From: Candidatus Brocadiales bacterium
Lineage (GTDB): Bacteria; Planctomycetota; Brocadiia; Brocadiales; Bathyanammoxibiaceae
DNA length: 32,428 nt
Direction of reading: 5' to 3'
Assembly: GCA_035283825.1 (NCBI GenBank)
Contig: DATETB010000217.1
Span: 1 to 32,428 of the forward strand
Shown here: in pieces, positions 8,491-14,887 of the stretch
Numbering within the stretch: the stretch's first letter is position 1
How the letters are laid out: each line of letters begins with the position of its first letter
The notes under the pieces: generated by a model
What the model was told of the DNA's origin: nothing
The model's database searches: none
The model's input: the letters and a program-made list of their open reading frames with translations, nothing else
Made by a program: the position numbers and the translations under genes

Positions 8491-8539
8491 CTGCGTGTCA
8501 ACCCCTGTAGGGGCAGATCATGCCAGAGGCAGACCCGCC

Positions 8540-9406
8540 TCAGGTGGACTTTCCTACAAGCCCCTCCACCAGTTCGCAGGCCTCTTCCAGGTCTCCCATC
8601 TCCAGGGTATAGCACCGCGCCCTTCGTACAAGCCCTGTGAATATCTTTAGTCCCCTAGCTGGAAAGGACCGCTGGTTCCAACCCCGTTGCATCAGGGCCA
8701 TAACGGCTTTAGCCGGCTCAAGGGGTTTCAATATGGCTTTACCTTTAGGGACGTATTTGGGGAAGATAATCCAATCTACCTTCCATCGGACGTCCCTGGG
8801 CATAACGGCCCCGTCCTGAGGCACAAAGCACTGCCATCTCCATGTAGTATCATCCATGTCACGGTAACGGTAGACTCTGAAATCTTTACTCACCCCTTGA
8901 CGGAGGGGGCGGGTCCATCCGGATGCGTAGATGGGCCTCTGGAAGGGTACGACCTCCACAGTCTCATGGTGGATAGCGCTTATTTCGTCAGTAAGGTATT
9001 TATAACCGTAGTTCATAAGCCCCAGGGTAAGGGTGCTCTTTCCGCTCTCTGACTTCCCTGGCAAGAGGATGGCCCTGCCATTTTTTACTACGGCGCCGGC
9101 GTGTAATAGTATGTAATCCCTTACGTGCTCATAACAACTACTCCTAATCTCATCCATCAGGAGTGTGGACACTGCATAATCCTTATCTAGACGGTAAACA
9201 GTACGGCCTTCTTTTTCTATGTGTGTATATTTTCTCTTCTGCATCACCCTGAACCTCACTACAGGCGCCTCCCCATTAGCGGGGGATACCAGGGCCGAGG
9301 TAAGGTCACAAAATTCTCTCAGGAAGGATTTGTGGTTAGTAGTGATTTCTATGGGGAGGGAGAGTACCTTTACGTTAAGCGTTAAAAGTGTGGTGGCGGG
9401 GGCCAT
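8540..9406 (-). CDS. HPr kinase-like P-loop serine kinase (RiPP tailoring-kinase type)
   Basis: 288 aa. LLHAGAVVKNGRAILLPGKSESGKSTLTLGL matches the HprK C-terminal-domain P-loop as found in lasso-peptide kinases. Starts 11 nt after the rSAM gene. Confidence 0.75.
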   Translation of the reverse strand: MAPATTLLTLNVKVLSLPIEITTNHKSFLREFCDLTSALVSPANGEAPVVRFRVMQKRKYTHIEKEGRTVYRLDKDYAVSTLLMDEIRSSCYEHVRDYILLHAGAVVKNGRAILLPGKSESGKSTLTLGLMNYGYKYLTDEISAIHHETVEVVPFQRPIYASGWTRPLRQGVSKDFRVYRYRDMDDTTWRWQCFVPQDGAVMPRDVRWKVDWIIFPKYVPKGKAILKPLEPAKAVMALMQRGWNQRSFPARGLKIFTGLVRRARCYTLEMGDLEEACELVEGLVGKST

Positions 9407-9417
9407 TACCTTAATTC

Positions 9418-10953
9418 CTATACCACTTCCAGGAGGCCTTTGCTCTGGAACTCCTCAATGGTCTTAGTAACGTCCCTTTCCACTTGAACGGGGTCGGTCT
9501 CCAGCACACTGACGACCTCCTCCGCTATCTCCTTGGGGGTATGATTCCCGTCGCATAACTCCCAGATAACGCCTGCCATAGGGTTCAGGTGGTGTAAATT
9601 ATGGTTCTTTGGGTCATAAATAACCACCTCCTCTTCCACAGTCTCATTGATGAGGTCTATCCTTATCTTTGGCCTTTCTTTCATTCCTTTTCCTCCATGC
9701 CCCTCCACAAGCCCGGTGTAGGGGTTATACTGACAGCGCGGGTCCTTGGCCAGCAGTCTACCAGTGGTAGTCAGCGCCAGGGCACGGCAGTTAAAACATC
9801 CATAACGCAGTTCACAATCTTTACAGGTTTCTACGTTGTCCAGGGTTATCTGCCACAGCTTCTGTACGGCCTGGCCTTGTATAATTTCCTTCAGACGCAT
9901 CTCAGGAAATCTGCCTACTGGCAGGCACCTGGCAAATATGCAAGGGTATACCACCCCTTCACTACTTATGACTATCTCGCTCTTCCAACAGGTAATCCAG
10001 GAGCAAGGCCTTTCGTCAAAAACCCTCCGTCTTCTTTCTGATGGGCGCGGCAGATTTGGCTCAGGCTTCCCCTTTCCCACCCCTTCACCCACGAGGCGCG
10101 ACTCTACCTCCCCCCTCCCGGTAGGCCGAACGTAATCGTGCCCAATCTCCTCCAGTCCCAATCCCTCCAGAAATTCTCTAGTGCCTTTGAGGTGAGTGAG
10201 GTTCCCCTGCATGAGGACGATATTGGCCCGTACAGGTATTTGGTAGGACAGGAGGGCCTTTATCCCTTCTACTGTCTGCCTGAAACTTCCAGGGCTTCTG
10301 GTAATGCCATCATGGGCCTCGGGGTCGTAAGAGTAAAAAGACACAGCTACCTTTACCCCTAGAGTGGCCCACTGTCGTAGTAGCCTATCTTCCAGGCGAG
10401 TGGCATTGGTAACGACCTCTATTCCTGTATAATGACAGGACCTTGCGTACTCAACAAGGTCAATAAGACCGGGGTAGAGGGTGGTTTCTCCTCCAGTTAG
10501 CTGTACGTGCCTTGCGCCAAGTTCCGAGCCTTCCTCAAGGATTTCCTTCCACTGTCTATGGGAAAGCTCGTTAGTGCGGCGTACCCCAGCCTCCGCATAG
10601 CAGTGGGCACAGGAGAGGTTGCAGGCATTGGTGAGCTCCAGCCACATGAAACTGAGTCCGGCAGGGCCAGATTGACAGGACAGGGATTTAACGATTCCTT
10701 CGGAGACCCCACTGTTATTATTGGACGTCTCGTACTGGGCAAGTGCGGGGTGTCTTACAAAGTACCCCCTGAGCACCTGGAGGGCCTTTCCACCAATGTA
10801 GGAAGGCTTAAGAGACTGTACCCCACCTAATACATCCACCACCCGGGGGTCTATGGTATATATTTCCCCCCTCCCCAGGTCATATAAGGCAGAATTGACA
10901 GGCCCTCTTACCAGGACGATGTGGCTTTTTGCGTGGTCAACCTCGTTAACCAT
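9418..10953 (-). CDS. radical SAM / SPASM-domain peptide maturase with a C-terminal PqqD-like (RRE) domain
   Basis: 511 aa. CNLSCAHCY (CxxxCxxC). SPASM-type Cys cluster C-x2-C-x5-C-x2-C (CKDCELRYGCFNC) plus upstream and downstream Cys. C-terminal VVIYDPKNHNLHHLNPMAGVIWELCDGNHTPKEIAEEV...IEEFQSKGLL is PqqD-like. Confidence 0.85.
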   Translation of the reverse strand: MVNEVDHAKSHIVLVRGPVNSALYDLGRGEIYTIDPRVVDVLGGVQSLKPSYIGGKALQVLRGYFVRHPALAQYETSNNNSGVSEGIVKSLSCQSGPAGLSFMWLELTNACNLSCAHCYAEAGVRRTNELSHRQWKEILEEGSELGARHVQLTGGETTLYPGLIDLVEYARSCHYTGIEVVTNATRLEDRLLRQWATLGVKVAVSFYSYDPEAHDGITRSPGSFRQTVEGIKALLSYQIPVRANIVLMQGNLTHLKGTREFLEGLGLEEIGHDYVRPTGRGEVESRLVGEGVGKGKPEPNLPRPSERRRRVFDERPCSWITCWKSEIVISSEGVVYPCIFARCLPVGRFPEMRLKEIIQGQAVQKLWQITLDNVETCKDCELRYGCFNCRALALTTTGRLLAKDPRCQYNPYTGLVEGHGGKGMKERPKIRIDLINETVEEEVVIYDPKNHNLHHLNPMAGVIWELCDGNHTPKEIAEEVVSVLETDPVQVERDVTKTIEEFQSKGLLEVV

Positions 10954-11005
10954 AGTAATCCATCACCCCTTCACTACGACCAGGACTTCGGCTCACGGCT
11001 GCGAC

Positions 11006-11197
11006 TCAGGATTTAGGGGGGCAAGCCCCGTTTTTGGGCTTACACTTTCGAGGACTACAGATGGCGAGGGCCTCACCACTTGCTACAATGGTGGTGATAA
11101 TGGGGATGCTGTATGCACCCAACTTTAGGAGCCCGCGGCGAGTCTTTTGTCTCTGTCCTTCATCCGCCTGAGGCGGATTGGTAGGTTCTTTGGACAC
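11006..11197 (-). CDS. candidate RiPP precursor: twin-arginine-type leader plus an 18-aa Cys/Lys/Pro-rich core ending in Ser
   Basis: GTG 11197 lies 7 nt after GGAAGGAGGG; the track's upstream GTG 11233 has no SD. Product is VSKEPTNPPQADEGQRQK-TRRGLLK-LGAYSIPIITTIVASG-EALA / ICSPRKCKPKNGACPPKS. Sits 52 nt upstream of the rSAM gene on the same strand. Confidence 0.6.
   Translation of the reverse strand: MSKEPTNPPQADEGQRQKTRRGLLKLGAYSIPIITTIVASGEALAICSPRKCKPKNGACPPKS
11164..11176. repeat. CCGCCTGAGGCGG palindrome inside the precursor leader
   Basis: Encodes N-P-P-Q-A-D-E in the n-region of the leader. Confidence 0.85.
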
Positions 11198-11259
11198 TAA
11201 GAGCCCTCCTTCCGTTGGACTGAACACATACACAAATAATTAAGAGACCTCTACAAGTT

Positions 11260-11357
11260 GTAGGGGCGGTTCGCCCTACACCACAGGGGTATAGGGCAAA
11301 GAGGCAGATAAAGCCCTGTACCTTATTAATTATTGGTACGGGGCGAACCGCCCCTAC
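11260..11357. repeat. long REP-like composite: GTAGGGGCGGTTCGCC ... GGCGAACCGCCCCTAC with an inner hairpin
   Basis: The outer arms are complementary. Inner GGTATAGGGC / GCCCTGTACC pair has one mismatch. AT-rich TTATTAATTATTGG lies between them. Confidence 0.75.
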
Positions 11358-11370
11358 AGCACCGTTTGTC

Positions 11371-11383
11371 CCGCCTGAGGCGG
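11371..11383. repeat. CCGCCTGAGGCGG palindrome
   Basis: Exact 13-mer. A half copy CCTGAGGCGGA follows at 11416-11426, then palindrome TTCGCCTATGGCGAA at 11427-11441. Confidence 0.85.
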
Positions 11384-11448
11384 ATTTTCAACATTCTGAG
11401 CGAAGCGAAGTCATACCTGAGGCGGATTCGCCTATGGCGAAAATCTGA

Positions 11449-11476
11449 GTAGTGGCGGTTCGCGAACCGCCCCTAC
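11449..11476. repeat. REP-like hairpin GTAGTGGCGGTTCGCGAACCGCCCCTAC
   Basis: GGCGGTTCGCGAACCGCC palindrome with GTAG/CTAC ends. Confidence 0.8.
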
Positions 11477-11557
11477 AGCTTAATTAAATTTATTGTACTA
11501 GCAATTGGAGGGCTGTCAAGGATAATTGCTTGAGCCAAAAATAGACATAGACCAGGG

Positions 11558-11603
11558 GTCAGCAATCAGCAGGTCAGCAGTCAGCAAGATTGCTGATTAC
11601 TGA
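11558..11603. repeat. (G)TCAGCA heptamer/octamer array followed by its partial inverse
   Basis: GTCAGCA ATCAGCA GGTCAGCA GTCAGCA then AGATTGCTGATTACTGATTA. Abuts the HD-GYP stop codon. Confidence 0.75.
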
Positions 11604-12971
11604 TTAATGTTTGCCCTCCTCTACGGGGCTCTTTATGAATAACTGGGGTTTTTCCAGGAGGTTCAGTATTTTACTTATTGGTTTCCCTTCTGAGTCTGCC
11701 ATAAGCTGTACGACTGGTCTGAGTGGGAAATCCCTGTGTACGGCGATTACCCTGGCCGTCTCCCCGGTGTTCAGCATCACGGTACTACCCACGGGGTACA
11801 CACCGAATTCCCTTATGAATGCCTTGGTAACCCTGCGGCCAAAAAAGGCCACCCCCTCCTCCAGTATCTCTCTCATGGCGGTGTGCGGGGGCAGTCCTGC
11901 GCGGACGGGGCGGTTGTGCGTCAGACTCTCGTAGGCCTCGGCCACTGCTATAATCTTTGCGTATTCGTGGATGGCCTCACCTTTTAATCTGTCCGGGTAA
12001 CCACTGCCGTCCTCCCTTTCATGGTGCTGTAGGACTACCTGTTTGAAGACCTCGTTTCTAATACCAAAACCCTCCAGAAACCTTTCGGTGTATAGGGGGT
12101 GCTTCTTTACTTCCTCATATTCACTTGCCTTCAGCTTCCTCGGCTGTTCTATGATGTGGCTCAACAGGACTAGACCTATGTCTCTCAAGAAGGAAATCAT
12201 CCCCAGTTCCATCAGGCCTGACTTGTTATAGTGCAGAGACACGCCTATTTTAATAGAAATGATGGTTACGTTTACCGCATTGGAGGCAAATTGACTATAG
12301 CTTCCGTCTGAAGCGGCCGCAAGCCTGACTATACTTTCATTCCCTAAGGTGAGGTCGTCTATGAGCTTCTCTATTGCCTTTCTTAACCTTTCTATTTCAA
12401 AGTTGTGCCCGTCCTTTATTTTATCAAAGACCTCCTGGGCAAGGACCACAAACTCATGGTAAAAGGCCTGGGCCTCTTTCCATTCGTCCTTTAATTCTTT
12501 AGTCACCTGCATTTGAGGGGTTGCCTTCCCTGCGGCCCCACTCTTCTGCACGGCGTCCATTTGTTTAGATTGTTCATGTATCATCTGCCCAATGGTGCTA
12601 AAACGGAGTCTCTCCTTTGGAGGTTCTTCCCGCTCCGGCGGGTTAAGCCCCTTTAACTGCACGTTTTCTTCTGGGGCGGTTGGGGCGGCAACCTCTTTTT
12701 CTCTCTCCAGGATATCTCTAGAACTTCTTAGACTCAATTTTGCCTTCTTTCCTCTCTTTTTTGTGATTTGAGACCCCCGAAAGAGTGCCTCAATAGACTT
12801 CCTGTATGAGTCATCTTGTGATATCCCCAGTAATTCATTCTTTTCATCTTCAGACATGACCCCTTTAAAAATCAGCAGTTTACGGTCAACGTCGTAACTT
12901 ATCTTCTCTTTAAGGTTACCGGGAAATTTTGCCTTTGAAGGCAGGTTTTCCAGTCTTTCTGAAATCTCCAT
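11604..12971 (-). CDS. HD-GYP domain protein (putative c-di-GMP phosphodiesterase) with an uncharacterised N-terminal region
   Basis: 455 aa with HHEREDGSGYPD and upstream HD residues. Its start ATG overlaps the ExeA stop (TAATG). Confidence 0.85.
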   Translation of the reverse strand: MEISERLENLPSKAKFPGNLKEKISYDVDRKLLIFKGVMSEDEKNELLGISQDDSYRKSIEALFRGSQITKKRGKKAKLSLRSSRDILEREKEVAAPTAPEENVQLKGLNPPEREEPPKERLRFSTIGQMIHEQSKQMDAVQKSGAAGKATPQMQVTKELKDEWKEAQAFYHEFVVLAQEVFDKIKDGHNFEIERLRKAIEKLIDDLTLGNESIVRLAAASDGSYSQFASNAVNVTIISIKIGVSLHYNKSGLMELGMISFLRDIGLVLLSHIIEQPRKLKASEYEEVKKHPLYTERFLEGFGIRNEVFKQVVLQHHEREDGSGYPDRLKGEAIHEYAKIIAVAEAYESLTHNRPVRAGLPPHTAMREILEEGVAFFGRRVTKAFIREFGVYPVGSTVMLNTGETARVIAVHRDFPLRPVVQLMADSEGKPISKILNLLEKPQLFIKSPVEEGKH

Positions 12972-13804
12972 TACTTTACGTACCGTGCCGCCAGCCTCAG
13001 GTCCTCTGCAACTGCCTTTACTATGGCGTCGCTCACCAGTTCAACCTGACTGCTGAATCCCATGAGGAGGCTCAAGTCACAGACATTATTTATAATCCTG
13101 GGGATGCCATTTGAGGCCCTGTATATCAACTCAATGGTGCTAACGTTGAATATCTCCCTGTTGCTGCCCGCCGCTTTCAGCCTGTAATCTACGTATCTTC
13201 CCACCTCTTCTCTGCTAAGGCCCGAGAGGTTGTATCTTATTGCTATACGTTGTGCCAGGGGCTCGTGTTGCTTGATCCTTTGTGCCAGTTCCGGCTGGCC
13301 CAGAAGGACGATGGTCACCAGGAAGGCGTCGTTCTTCTGGAAATTCAGTAGCAGCCTGATTTCCTCAAAGATGGCCTCGTCCTTGATGACATGGGCCTCG
13401 TCAATTATGAGTACACAGTATCGGCTTTTTTCGTTACTCTCAAATACAATGTCCTCCAGTCTATGGAGCAAATCTAGCTTACTTGTTGCCTGAGGCAGGC
13501 TTTCAAGCCCTCCGAACTGATATATCAGTTCTCGTAATAGGTCATCAACGGTGAGGGCCGGGTTTACTATTACGGCTATATTGTAGTTCTTTTCCTCTCT
13601 AGAGAGTATTCTCACCAGCATCCGGCTGAGGAGGGTCTTGCCGGCGCCAATATCCCCTGTAATCATAACAGCCCCCTTCCTCTCCTTTACCCCGTATAAT
13701 AGCCTGGTGAGGGCCTCCTCGTGGCCTGCCGAGTAAAAGAAGAAATCCGGGTTAGGGGTGTTTTCGAAGGGTTTCTTTTTTAGTCCCCAATAGTCCAGGT
13801 ACAT
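12971..13804 (-). CDS. ExeA/GspA-like AAA ATPase
   Basis: 277 aa. N-terminus MYLDYWGLKKKPFENTPNPDFFFYS is typical of the ExeA family. Walker A GDIGAGKT and Walker B LIIDEAH. Confidence 0.8.
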   Translation of the reverse strand: MYLDYWGLKKKPFENTPNPDFFFYSAGHEEALTRLLYGVKERKGAVMITGDIGAGKTLLSRMLVRILSREEKNYNIAVIVNPALTVDDLLRELIYQFGGLESLPQATSKLDLLHRLEDIVFESNEKSRYCVLIIDEAHVIKDEAIFEEIRLLLNFQKNDAFLVTIVLLGQPELAQRIKQHEPLAQRIAIRYNLSGLSREEVGRYVDYRLKAAGSNREIFNVSTIELIYRASNGIPRIINNVCDLSLLMGFSSQVELVSDAIVKAVAEDLRLAARYVK

Positions 13805-14828
13805 GGCCTGTTCCCGCCCTCTTTAAGTCCACCAATTTAACGATAACTGTAAATATAAGAAAAAGTTGGAGCAAAAGCAATAGTGCATCTATCGGCCTTG
13901 AGTTCCTGAGGGTTACTGCGCCTATAGATATTACAAGACTAATGAGATAGATAAGTAGCACTGCCTCCCGCCTGCTAAGGCCTATGGCTACCAGCCTATG
14001 CGGGAGATGGTCAACCCCGTGGTAGATAATCGCCTCTTTTATGGTATGCGTAGTCCCTTTCAAAAATCTTATGATAATAGTGTACAAAAAGTCAAGGATA
14101 ATTACACCTAATATTAGTATGGGTATTATGACTGCCTTGATGGGATGTGTAGACCATTCCCCCATAATCCCAATGGCGGCAAGGATATAACCCAGGAAAA
14201 AGGAGCCTGAATCACCTAGAAAGATGTTGGCGCCATTGTAGTTGTACCTCAAGAAGGCAAGGGTTGAGCCCATAAGGGCACAGGCCAGCAGACCCCAGCC
14301 CCACTGGCAGGTCTGCACGGCCACCAGCATATAGGCGAGGCCGGCTATAAAGGCAAGGCCGGACGCAAGCCCATCCATGGTATCGGAGGCATTAAAGGCA
14401 CTTACCACCCCTGTTATCCATATGAGGGTAAAAAGTAAGTTGAGGTAATAATTGTGAAATAATGTCAGGATTATCCCGTATCTGGAGAGGAGACATGTTA
14501 TACCCAGGAGCAGGAGTAATTTTATCGTGGCGGGCAACCCCCATATATCGTCTACCAGACCTATGGCGATTACAAGGGCGCCGCCCAGCAGGATACCAAG
14601 CTGTTTGTCGGCAAGGAGGTCAGCGTTGTAGAGCAAAGGGGCCGTAAAGCCCAGGAATACGGCAACCCCTCCCAGGCGTGGGGTAGGTCTTGCGTGGGGT
14701 TTTGTCTTCCCAGGGTGGTCTATTGCCCCGATCTTCTCGGCTATAACCCTTACGATAGGTGTTGCCACCAGGGTGATTAATAGGGCCATCCCAAAGATTT
14801 TACCGCAGGCTACTAATGGATCTGGCAT
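13752..14828 (-). CDS. polyprenyl-phosphate sugar-1-phosphate transferase, MraY/WecA family (Glycos_transf_4)
   Basis: 358 aa polytopic membrane protein with VDDIWGL and NASDTMDGLA motifs. Its 3' end overlaps the ExeA start by 53 nt. Confidence 0.85.
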   Translation of the reverse strand: MPDPLVACGKIFGMALLITLVATPIVRVIAEKIGAIDHPGKTKPHARPTPRLGGVAVFLGFTAPLLYNADLLADKQLGILLGGALVIAIGLVDDIWGLPATIKLLLLLGITCLLSRYGIILTLFHNYYLNLLFTLIWITGVVSAFNASDTMDGLASGLAFIAGLAYMLVAVQTCQWGWGLLACALMGSTLAFLRYNYNGANIFLGDSGSFFLGYILAAIGIMGEWSTHPIKAVIIPILILGVIILDFLYTIIIRFLKGTTHTIKEAIIYHGVDHLPHRLVAIGLSRREAVLLIYLISLVISIGAVTLRNSRPIDALLLLLQLFLIFTVIVKLVDLKRAGTGHVPGLLGTKKETLRKHP

Positions 14829-14858
14829 CTGGACTCTTTGTCCTTAACCTCTTGTTTT

Positions 14859-14887
14859 GTAGGGGCACGTTGCAACGTGCCCCCTAC
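14859..14887. repeat. REP-like hairpin GTAGGGGCACGTTGCAACGTGCCCCCTAC
   Basis: Same core as 496-522. The CTA at 14884-14886 is the WbqC TAG stop. Confidence 0.85.

Noticed and set aside
9418-11062. Reading the rSAM as an anaerobic sulfatase-maturating enzyme acting on CSPRK
   Set aside because: The sulfatase motif is C/S-x-P-x-R, whereas here the Arg is one position early (C-S-P-R-K). There is no sulfatase domain in the window. The enzyme carries a PqqD-like peptide-binding domain. I kept this only as a weak alternative.
10853-11128. 91-aa + ORF overlapping the precursor and the rSAM start
   Set aside because: It is antisense to the SD-equipped peptide ORF and to the rSAM N-terminus. It has no start context and no motifs.
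6243-11233. Reading the cluster as a lasso-peptide locus
   Set aside because: The kinase, nucleotidyltransferase and PqqD-like parts fit. But there is no asparagine-synthetase-like cyclase and no transglutaminase-like leader protease. The core also lacks a Gly/Ala/Ser/Cys-1 with an Asp/Glu at position 7-9 (no acidic residue at all), so a macrolactam ring cannot form.
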